A stretch of 64,000 nt of DNA. Origin: Phoronis australis (Eukaryota; Animalia; Phoronida). The stretch covers positions 86,837 through 150,836 of the forward strand of contig NMRA01000781.1 in NCBI GenBank assembly GCA_002633005.1, in the 5' to 3' direction. Shown here one piece after another: positions 1 through 11,600 of this stretch. Below the pieces are notes generated by a model. The model made no database searches, was not told the DNA's origin, and saw nothing but the letters and a program-made list of their open reading frames with translations. Position 1 is the first letter of the stretch; each line of letters opens with the position of its first letter. A program made the translations under genes and the position numbers.

Positions 1-409
1 TCACCCACTGTACTCACTCTTGTTGTGTTTTTCATTGTCTTGGGTGGCTTGTATGGAGTGATTTCATAACAAGAGATTTACATCGCCTTATCTCATATAT
101 TTTTGTCAAAACAAAAATTTTGATCTTGCAATCTTTTTAAGAATGAGACAATTTTTTTCTGCTGAGCTTTTGAGGAGATTAAATCGGCGTTTAGAAACGA
201 AAGAGGAAATTGCTGGAGACCACGGGAAGAACAGAATGGAACTGGGAGAAGAGTAGATATCAGTCGGAATATTCTCTGAAACTCTAAAAAAATGTCACCG
301 TGGATCAAGTAATTCATAATTGTACCTGCGTGAACCATGATGTAACATTATTTAATGCCTATCTTTAAAATTGAAAAGAAGGAATGAGTTAAAAAGCTCA
401 ATCATGCTA

Positions 410-1097
410 ATGACTAACTTCAGACATGTAAAATTCCGAGAAAGTGGGACCCAGAGGAGAGCCCATGCTCACACCATCTTTTTGCAAAAACAATTTCCCA
501 TTGATATGGCGAAATGGTACTTTGGTTGTGCAGATGGTTAACAACTCTCTCGTATGAGTTGGTGAAATGTCGGGTGGCTTTAAATGTGGGTGACGGTATA
601 CACCATCCAAAATGATAGTAATGGTCTCATCCACCGGTACGTTGGTGAACAAAGACTCAGCGTCAAGCGACATAGGTTGGTAGTGGGGGGATGGCACTTG
701 TGTGCGCAAAATGTCAATGAAATCCTCACGACATTTAATGGAGTAACGGCTCTGAATGTACGGCTTTATGATTTTATCAAGATGCTTCGCTGTCTTGTAC
801 GTGGGCGTCAGGACTTGGGATATTATCGGCCGTAGAGGAACATCTTTTTTGTGTATTTTAGGGTTACCATAGAGATAACCTTCGGAGTAATCACCTTCGA
901 TTTCGGAGAAAATGCGACGACCAGCCTCAGCATTTATAGCCCTAATGTGACGATTCAATTCACGTTTAAGGTCAATGAGGGGTGACCGACTAATGCTGGT
1001 AAACTTGGAAGGGTCACATATTAATAGACTAAGTTTATCGGAATAGTCATCTTTGTTTAAAATAACATACTGGGCAGACTTGTCGGCGCGGCGAATA
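410..1097 (-). mobile_element. Penelope-like element reverse transcriptase fragment
   Basis: Frame reads IRRADKS...LYGNPKIHKKDVPLRPIIS...SLDAESLFTNVP...QKDGVSMGSPLGPTFSEFYM (PLE RT motifs); truncated before YVDD. Confidence 0.92.
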
Positions 1098-1185
1098 NNN
1101 NNNNNNNNNNNNNNNNNNNNNNNNNNNNNNNNNNNNNNNNNNNNNNNNNNNNNNNNNNNNNNNNNNNNNNNNNNNNNNNNNNNNN

Positions 1186-1880
1186 GATGTTATTATTTAT
1201 TATCGGAATAGGAAGTCCTCCAACTTGGTCATGAAAAATAACATTTCTAAAGCGAAAGTCCGCCCCGTTGCACAGTGTAGTGTTGTTTATGAGTTTGTAT
1301 GCCCTATGAACGAATGTCTTCGTTCAAACGTCAAACAATGTTACATTGTTCAAACGGTTTGCAGTCTTTCCCGTCGGTTATCCATGCATCTTCAAAATGG
1401 CGCCATACAAGATCATTTTCTGCAATGCCACGCACGTAAAATCACCCGTCAAGACATTGTGGAAATCACGTCAATTCGCTACGTGGAGCAAGATGTTCTG
1501 CGTTTGAAAGTATTAGAGTCCCTTTTAATTGCTTTTGAAAAGCCTGTTTTGAATGAGCAGCAAACAGGGTCACGCCGCACGTTACACTTGTTTGCGTGAC
1601 TTTCCTGTTACCGCAATTCATTAGTCATTCTTTACAGTATGTCACACCCGCCGTATCTCACTGTGTGTGTCGTCAGCTTATACTCTGTGGTGGCATTACT
1701 GCGTCATTTTATCTTCACTTGAGAATGAAACAAGTATGTTTCAAAATATCATGTGTCTTTTAATTATGTCGCTAGGTCAGTTACTCTATCTATGTTCAGT
1801 TGAGAGTAGAGTTTTGTTCCGAAAGTACGAACGTAATGAAATAAAGACTGTGAACAGTGAAAAGTGTCGTGCATTTAACA
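1186..1880 (+). mobile_element. Penelope-like element GIY-YIG endonuclease + 3' tail
   Basis: VVYEFVCPMNEC...YIVQTVCSLSRRLSMH...GAIQDH...LESLLIAFEKPVLNEQ; degenerate hammerhead-like stem at ~1717-1750. Confidence 0.88.
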
Positions 1881-2550
1881 AATTCTGTATTACTGAAAGT
1901 ATAATTAACCCTACCGGTGAAACTTGTCAAGGTCAGTGAAGACCCAACTGATGTGCTTCACACTTGTGCCAGTTATGCTGCTATAATTTTACATAGATAT
2001 CATTATGTTGATACTCAACAGTGGTTCATGTTTCGCTCATGTAGTGAGATAAATTGTTGAAACGAATTACTTAGTTTATTTTTGACTAACTACATGTGTA
2101 GATATAGATACCTTTCATGCAAGTGGCTCCTTATCCTTTTGAAAGTCTCCTTGCCTTGTTTTGATGTTTCTAATATGTAATCAGTGACTATTATATATAT
2201 CGTCTTTAGTAAAACCTTAGTTTTGTTTGTTAACCTTCGACTACTACATGTCCCACTCTTAAGATGAGCTTAGCAACTACGAACGACATGTGTAGAGGCA
2301 TGACTATTTGTTTTATGAATGGCTAAATAATCTTTCTATCTATCTATCTATCTTGGTATTTTTACCAAAAATGAAGGACAACCTTACTGGTAATCTATGG
2401 GGTTTATTTTCTCTGAGAATTCGAGTTGGTTACATTGAAGCTCGGTTGTAACAAGCATTTTCGACAGATCCAGTGAGGTTCATTGTAACCTGGCTCTACT
2501 GTATTACTTATTGTTTGGTGAAAAATATGAATTTTGTCTTTGTCTTACAG

Positions 2551-2672
2551 GCTGCCCAGCTACTCAAGTAGCATGTGAGAGTGACCGTATCGGGTGGGAG
2601 GCCATCACTTTCCTGCATGGCCAACTAGACGATGATCATAATGGGAATGTGGATTTGTCTGAGAGTGATGAG
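2551..2672 (+). CDS. STIM: STIM exon: luminal Cys pair + canonical EF-hand
   Basis: ttacag|GC...GAG|gtagg; CPATQVACESDRIGWEAITFLHGQLDDDHNGNVDLSESDE. Confidence 0.95.
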
Positions 2673-5600
2673 GTAGGCTTCTGTCTGGTATGGTGTTGGT
2701 CATGAAAGTAGATTAGTTTATTAACTTGGTACACTGCATCATGTATCAGTCGGGTGTAGATACACTGCATGGTGTGTATCAGTGCATGGTGTGTACACTG
2801 CATGGTGTGTACACTGCATGGTGTGTACACTGCATGGTGTGTACACTGCATGGTGTGTATCAGTGCATGGTGTGTACACTGCATGGTGTGTACACTGCAT
2901 GGTATGTACACTGCATGGTATGTACACTGCATGGTGTGTACACTGCATGGTTTGTACACTGATTGGTATGCACACTGCATGGTGTGTACACTGCATGGTG
3001 TGTACACTGCATGGTGTGTACACTGCATGGTGTGTACACTGCATGGTGTGTACACTGAATGGTGTGTAGATTGCATGGTGTGTATACTGCATCATTGTAT
3101 AGGTCAAGTATAGGATTGACCACTGATGTTGTCTTATGATAACTGCTCTTCTGAGTTCAGTGCACAATATGGCAGACATGTGAAACTACATTTTAACAAA
3201 GTTGCAAAACCAGAATTTCCGAAAATTTCCCTTCAGCAAAAATTTTTTTCAGAATTTTAGATTAATGTGACTTAAAGAAATGACAATTTTTGTGTAAAAT
3301 TGAAGGTTGTAGTTACCTAGATATCCCCTAATGCGTAAATGCAACTTCAAAATGTGCATCATGTAGATTAGAAAAGTTTCTGATGAAACTATTTAAATCT
3401 CTGTCTACTGTGTTCTACTGAGCATTTTGTCTTCTATCCTGTGAGAGGGTTCTGGTGAAATGCCAATTCTGAGCTTCAATATGTGGTTGTGGTTATGATA
3501 CAACTTTTTAAAACTAGTGAGAATTCTCGAGGAAAACTAAAAGTGAAAGTATTTGCCCACAATAGCTCTGCCTTTGGTCTTAGGCATGTCTGAGGTGTAA
3601 GACCTCTCCTTTGAAGGAATTAGACCATGAAGAGGTTACATGAGATTATGGCCAGTGGTTTTGAATAAACTGCTCTGACCTGACATGTTTACTTGGAGCT
3701 GCTGTAAACAATATAACAGCTTGATTTGTGTAAGGAGAGTCTCAAACTCCCTTCCATCCCCTTCTCCACCCACCTAATACATGCAAAGCAGCTTAACTTC
3801 AGTGAGAATGGCCATCTACCATATTACCAGACTAAAATTACTGCAGTGTTTAATGTACTCCTCTTCAGAACATAGGATCAGCCATCAGCGTAATATTTGA
3901 TGCAACAGAGTAATCCTGTGGGAAGGCTTAATCCACTGGAATGAATATGGCTACCAGAGTAAAATTTTCTCATAGGTTTAACGAGAGTTCACGTGAGCGC
4001 ATTCAGTTTCATTGCAACCTCAGATTTTGTTTGGTTACCTGGTAAAAGTCCCATATTACCATGTAATGGAGGCCAAGTCAGAAGAAGTCAGAGAACACGT
4101 CCTGTAATTTGCTTCAAAATTTGTAAAAACCTCCAAACTTTAAAAATTTACATTTTTCCTGGCACAGTACTTTCAATTCACACTGTTTTATTTATTTTGT
4201 GGTAAATCTTCCATCGTCAGCACACATCAGACACGCGTGCTCAAATTACAACAGGAAGTAAACACAGATGGGGGGGGGGGCTAATTTGTTGTTGTTCAGA
4301 TGTATACACGTCTTGACTATTAATAAAGATTACTTATGAACCATATATTTTTCTTATTTCATTCCGCAATTTGTGATAAAATGTTTTGTTTGAAAAGTGC
4401 ACCCGTGTCTCCACGAAATGAGATGTGTCCCGAGTAATGCCGAGTATATCCATTGGTATGTGTCGAGTGTTCTAGTGTTTTTATGTGAATTTCAACGTAT
4501 TTTTAATTAAACTGGCATTGACATTTGAAAAAGAATGCCAAACCGCTGTGTAGTGGGAGGTTGTGACAATACACCTCAGGCTGAGCTGTCTGTTCACAGA
4601 TTTCTAAGACTGCATAGCATGTGTGGTCAAAGTTCATAAGGAAGTACAAACAGGGCAATCAAACCATTCTTTTCTTTTTGAAAAAATTTTTATATCGAAA
4701 ATTTCCAGAAACAGTCTGTACTAAATGCTTATTACTGGAAGAATGGTAAAATCTCCCTATCTGGGTTGCAATTTGGCAAACAAATGAAATATCGTTTTTT
4801 TTTCATTTTTTCACAGCATCAAAAAACTGTAGTTCTTGTGAGTTGTGAACAACTGAAAGTGAATAACAGGTTATGGCATTTTTATTGTGTCTTACACCTC
4901 TTGTAGTTTGGGTAGAAGTGTCATCAAAAGGCTATACGTCTTAGTTTGTAGCAGTTTAGCTACAGCTCTTGTTATCCTGTTCAATGCAATCTGAAGTGCG
5001 TGGTCTTCTTATCTTAAGCTGAAGTGAGCTTAATGTGTTTAATAAATATGTTACAAATAATATGTTATAATACCTTTTGAAGGTATGTGATGTATTAAAC
5101 ATTGCAGTGGTCAAGAACAACTACAAGTAACCACTGAGGTATGAGGAAGGGAAAATTATTGGGGAGTGGGGGGGGTGGGGGACAGGTGGGGTTGGGGGGC
5201 ACGTGGGGAGTGGGGTGGGGGTACATGGGGGGCACGTGCGGGGTGGGGGGAGTCGGGGGCACAGAAAATTTCCTGTTTGCAAACAATACATTCTCTCTGT
5301 CCTGCCATTTCACATTCTACTCATTTGTTCATGTATCTCTTAAACATATTTATACATGTGCATGGATTTTTATAATTGGAAGATGAGGTATTTCCTTGTC
5401 TTAGTTAAAATACAAACACATTGATAGCACAGACTCACTTGAAACATTCATCTGTTCAGATTCAACAAATATTCATGCATGAAACACCTTGCCTTGTTGG
5501 AGACTTCATCCTACATTCAACAAATATTCATGCATGAAACACCTTCCCTTGTTGGAGACTTCATCCTACATTCTTCTTGCAGTTTATCCGTGAGGAGCTC

Positions 5601-8600
5601 AAATATGAGAACGGGTTTGAACGCCAAAGTAACTTCCATGCTCAGGGCCACGACAAGTTGATTAGTGTGACTGACCTGTGGAATCTATGGACTCACTCTC
5701 AAGGTACAAGATAGCTGATGTGTCTCATCGTTTGTGTCGTGCATAACATTCTCTAGAAAAGATTTTTCACTCGAGTTAATGGAAAGTCAAATTTGTGACT
5801 TGTGTTTGATATATCGGGACAAAATTAATTGAATTCATACTTATTCTAAACTGTTTTTTCGTTTGATCCTACCACGTTCGTGAGTGTGGGCGCATTTTGT
5901 AATCAATCATGTACTGGTGTCTTTAGTGTCCACAACTGTATCTTACGGTGTCTATAACAGGTCAATATTCCTAGAGTTTAGTCTCCATCTATACACTTGT
6001 TTTTGTGTCTCCATCTATACACTTGTTTTTGTGTCTCCATCTATACACTTGTTTATATGTCTCCATTCTATACACTTGTTTTTGTGTGGATAGAGTTATT
6101 ATCTCTATGGATAAACTTACTAACTTAACTTACTAACTTTAACTTACTAACTTTAACTTACTAACTTTAACTTACTAACTCTATCGATAGACTTACGTAG
6201 TACTAACTATGGATATAATTAATATCTCCGAGAATAACAGAGCTGGATAGAGATGGAGTCCATCTCTATCCAGCTCTGTTATTCTGAAGAACCAGCAAGA
6301 CAACTAAGTTTCTGTTGCTGTGAACACAATTTGAACATAATTTGATAGATCCAACTGCTGCAGTGCCCCCTAGTGGTAATTTTAATTGTCTGTGGCAATC
6401 TCAGCATTAACCAGGATTTCGTTGCATCTGCCAATTTTCAGACAACTAGCGCTCAGTATTAAAGGCGAAGGCAACCTTTTTCCATGTCATTTTGAGCTAA
6501 AATAAGGTTGGTTGGTTATCCTAGACATTTTCCACTTAATTACAGCTTTTCGTAAATTTATTAATTGCTCGTCCGCTTTTCCGGAAGTGACGTTTTAGGA
6601 GGCAAGCATTTCGCGCCAATTTCTTTTCATATAGTCTGACTATGAGAGCTGCCGAGTCAGCCATTGTTCTACCTCGGTTGTGTTAAGTTCCGTTGTCGTT
6701 TGGTTTCATTTACTAGTCAGTCAATATGCCACACTGTTGCTGCGTACTAGGATATACTAATTATAGGCTCACGCGCGCTTTGGGAGTACCTTTGCATCGC
6801 TTTCCGATGGATGACACACTTTGCCGTACTTGGCTCGTTCGTGTGAAGAACGCAGCGTTACCCGTCCACGCAACGTACAAAGCAGTGGAGAATTACCGTG
6901 TGTGTGGCAAGCACTTTCTGCCGTCCGATTACGAAAGGGATTTGTACGCTGAACTCATGAAGGTCCCTGCGAAACAACGTTTGAAGAAGGTTGTCATTCC
7001 GTCTGTGTTGATTCCCGGCGGTGCCCCGTCGCCACCCTCGAGAAGTGCGTATTTGAAGCGAGAAGCCTCGCGAGCTGTGGCCAGTACAGTGACTGGAGCC
7101 AGTGGAGGCACTTTATCTACTGTCACCCGTGCCTCCGAACGTACCCTAGAGCGTGCAATTCCTGGAACCAGTAGTGATTAGCTCTGTGCTGTTTTCTCCA
7201 GCCCAGAGCCTCTAAGCAGCCCTGCAGCGATATTGAGTAGTGGGAGTGATTACAGGCTCAGTTCGACACCCAGTGAAGAGGACAGTTCGTCGTCCAGTGA
7301 ACAGATCGGTGAGCCAAACTTTGATAAGTTTATTGTGGACTTGTCTAAAGTGTTGGAGCTATTTAGAAGGTGCCAGGTGTGTGGCGAGGGAGTCACACGA
7401 CACGATGTAAGCAGTTTGGGTGCTCAGGTCACCATCCAGTGGGAGTGTGTCGCGGGACACTCTGGCAAGTGGGACAGTTGTTCCTCTGTCCGTGGTATGC
7501 CGGAGGTCCACTTAACCATGTCCAGTAGTGGCTTGGCCTCGTCGAACTCTGAACAGCACAAGCATTCCATTGAGGTAGGCATAACAACGCACACAGTGCA
7601 TTTGCACCAAGATATGTCACCACGTCTGTCCTCAGTAGCCGCCTCGTTTCTCTCAACAGCTGCCTGTGCCTGTGCGTACTCTGCCTCGTTATACTCGGGC
7701 TCAAACATGTACCCACCCACTGAATGTCCGTGAAAAAATTCCTCGTCACCACTGCTGTGAACAAGGTCTCCGTCACTCAAACTACTGTCACTGTGATACG
7801 GGTCACCGACTCCAGCCATTTTCAGCTTACAACACACTAAACAATCCCTAAATCCAACGTAGTTGAGTTCTCTACTAACCTATCTTGCCGCAGAATACTC
7901 GCCGATGGAAAGTGGTGGCGACAATTGTTGAAAAACAGCACAAAACAAAAGTAGAATAGAGCAGATTCGCACGGTAAAGTCAACGCAAAACCAAGTGGCG
8001 GGAAACGCTTGAATCCTAAAACGTCACTTCCGGAGTAGCGGACGAGTAATCTATAAAATTACGAAAAGCTGTAATTAAGTGGAAAATATGTCTAGGATAA
8101 ACAACCAACCTTATTTTAGCTCAAAATGACATGGGAAAAGGTTGCCTTCGCCTTTAATTGGACTTTAAAGTTTGCTTGTGTTGCTCACTCTCATGAGTGG
8201 AAATGTTTGATAACATTATTTCCCAATATCTTTGGCATTTGTGATGCAACGAATTTTGTCAACAATTGCTAATGAAAATGTTCCTAATGTTTATGAACTT
8301 GGAATTCTTATTTAGTTGAAGACAGGTGTAGAGGTGGTCACTGCCATCTTTGAGCCAGAGAACTCAATTCCTGGCCAAGATAGACTACTGACCTGTAAAT
8401 GGGAATACTTTAGTTCTATAACTTAGCATCTGGATTTTAAACATCATATCCCCATGATGGTGAAGATGAGTGCACACCTGTGCATGTTTATTTTCACTGG
8501 CTTGGTAATACCTGCAGCCTAGTGCTGGTTCAATTATTGTACATTATGAAAAATAAGACACACAATTTCAATAAAAACGACATCTTTCATTCAGTAAAAT

Positions 8601-11600
8601 TGATCTGTCATTTTCTCTCACTTGTAAATCATCAATCTCTAGTTCGAATGCAGATAATGTGTTTTGGGATCCTTTGACTTGGACATTATACTCAGTAACC
8701 ATTGATAATCTACTTGGTGTAATATGAGTCATTGGTAACTATTAGATGAACCACATTATGCTCAGTAACCATTGATAATCTACTTGGACATTATACTCAG
8801 TAACCATTGATAATCTACTTGGACATTATATTTAGTAACCATTGATAATCTACTTAAGCAGACGATATTTTCACAGTAGAAGCTTAGCACAATAAGATGC
8901 GTCAGTAGCAAGCTAGTAAGACTACTCGCTTAAAACGTATTTTACAGAATCCTCTTTATTTCTGTTTTGTTTAAATTCACCTCCACATACCATACACACC
9001 CAAACCTGTCCGGGTGGGGGTGTGGGTATAAGGTGTTTGACTATAAAGATATGCACTTGCACAAGACACTCTCACACTTGTACAAAACACTATTATTGTT
9101 GAAGTATTTTGCACCTGTGTACGAAACACCAAAACAAGGATATATTTTTAAAATTTTAATTATTGTCGAGCATTAGGTACAAATTCCTAACTGTGTTTAT
9201 ATGTGGTTAAATCCTGTTGTTATGGCTCTTAGTCTGACCAGTTACTCTTGTCTCTTGTAGTGCACAACTGGACGGTGGATGACGTGGTTGACTGGCTGGT
9301 TCACCATGTAGAACTCCCCCAGTATGTCAGTGTATTCAGGAATAATGCAGTGGATGGCAAGGCTCTACCCAGGTACTCTTATTATAACTCTCTTCACCTT
9401 CCACCTATTTGTATGTGGCTGCATATTGCTGTCATCTCTGTCTGCCTATATTGTATATGTACGTGTGTACAGATAGCGTATCTGCGTAAAGAAATTAAGC
9501 GTGTGTTTTCAAAAGTTTACAGAGTTGTGTGGTCATGGCCCTACATAAATCAACCTTGATGAAATGCAAAACGTGTCTTCAAATTTAGATTAATAAAAAG
9601 TTTCAGGCATACCACTTACAATATAAGTTCTTAATGCACACGACTACTGTAATGGAACCAACTGTGCATTGTACGAGAGAACGTTTGTGTACAATAGTCA
9701 TACATGCGTCAATCGTCGTCAGACCAGTCGGACAAAAATTTGTGATTTTTGCTGTATTGTGTTAATTATATCCTGATTTATGTGGGTCTGTCATCTGCCA
9801 GATGTTAAGTCAAATGTACAAACCAATTATGGAAAGTAAGCTAACATGATCTACTTAATGAATTAATATATGTATATCATAATGTTAAGTCAAATGTACA
9901 AACCAATTATGGGAAGTAAGCTAACATGATCTACTTAATGAATTAATATATGTATATCATAATGTGTTTGTTCACAACAGAGCCACTGCTCACAAAGATA
10001 GTGTTTTTCTCTATTTACCCTATGTGTCTATCTCCACAGACATGCACAATGAGCTGGTTACAAATTAACTGCTGACACTGTTTCCTGAGACAGTGTGTGT
10101 AACCATGCCTATTGATCTCACTCAGCTCAGTCCGCGTTCATTTGGATACGAAGTTCATCTATTTCCGTGTGATGTTATCACGTGCTACATTACTACATAT
10201 AGTATAATATAGCTTTTGCCGAGGAGGCAGTGTGGCCTGGTTGACAAGTGCCCGCTTTCTTTACTCGAGGTCGTGGGTTCAAGTCCCACCAGGTCACACT
10301 GCTAAACCCTTGAGCCAGGTTTCCAGCTCCTCAGCTCGGTTTTAACCATATATCAATAAAGCATAAAACTATTTCCAGGTGATCAGTGCAATGGGCCCAC
10401 ATGCGAGGCCTGCGCACGTCTGATACAACGTGTATCAGACCGCCTGCAATTATTATTTTTTTTTATATAGCTTTTGCAACATTTTTGGTGCGTTTTCCTT
10501 ATTTTCGAATAAATTGATATACTTAAGCTATACGGTCAAACTGCGAGACTATGTGGACAGGCACTGGTATCTTGGAAATTGTCCCTATAGCATCTGCCGT
10601 TCAATGTATTCAAAATACGTGTTCAAACTAAGAATACCGACCTCATGTACACTCACTCATTGGCTGCATTTCTCAGTTATGCTAGAAGTAAAATGGCACA
10701 CTATCTCAAGATTAGGTATACATCAACTAGGCCCTTTAGGGTAACTCAATTCATCTTGACTTTAAGTAAAGAAAGGCTTTGAATATAAGCTTTCAAATGT
10801 GGACAGGGTCAGATAAAATCTGTATTTTTTTAACAGCTAACCAATTTTCAAAAACACAACTTGCCTATTATTGAGACAGCTTGAATGAGCTCACAATTTC
10901 GTGCCTTTGTGTAATATAACTTGATGCACATCATGTTGAAAAACCAATGATGGCAGTCTTGCGGCACATGATTTATATTTACATCAAACGGAGATAAGGT
11001 ATCAAGTTTCATAGCAAGTGCGTTTGACAATAAAGTGCAGCAACTTGCCAAGGCGAAATTTTACTCTGAGTTATAGTACAGTGGAAGCAGAATGTCGTGA
11101 AAAAAACATTCTGGCGTTCAAGGTAAGATTGACATGATTGGTTAACAAATGTGTTGCTTGGAAATGAGTTTCGTCCAAGTTTTAAAAAATGGCAAGGAGA
11201 TTTGAAATGATTCAGAGGTGATCTGTAGATTGTGATGCACAGCAACATATGTACATTAATGTTTTTATCGTCATAGTTGCGCATGCCAGCTTCACGTGTT
11301 ATATTGCATTTGTCATTTCTGATGTGCGTTTCACTGTGAACTAGCCTACTGACAAAGGTATTTGTCTCCATGCTGATAGTGACTGTCCTGAGCGTTATAA
11401 GATAGCTGTTTTAGTCAATCACTTAAAGAGAGCTCACAATATTTCGCCAGACTGGAAACTGTTCATTAGTGAAGTCCAACATGTAATACAACTTCTAATA
11501 AGTAATGGTTACACAAATTCATTTGTGGTTAAGCACATTAATCGGTTTGTCTCAAAAGTTGAACATCATTAACATGTACAAACATTTACTGGTAATGTTA

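Larger units (their letters stand above)
6463..8153. mobile_element. Internally deleted Kolobok-superfamily DNA transposon
   Basis: TTAA on both sides (6459-6462, 8154-8157); AG...CT termini; ~140-155 bp imperfect TIRs (aggcgaaggcaacctttt.../...aaaaggttgccttcgcct); THAP ORF on +, Cys-rich KolX-like ORF on -. Confidence 0.88.

Noticed and set aside
2636-3179. Cys/His-rich repetitive ORFs (MVCTLHGVYTAWCVHC...)
   Set aside because: Translations of a 16-bp minisatellite, open in multiple frames.
10225-10296. tRNA gene
   Set aside because: Only A/B-box-like motifs; acceptor and anticodon stems are not intact, so SINE head is the better call.
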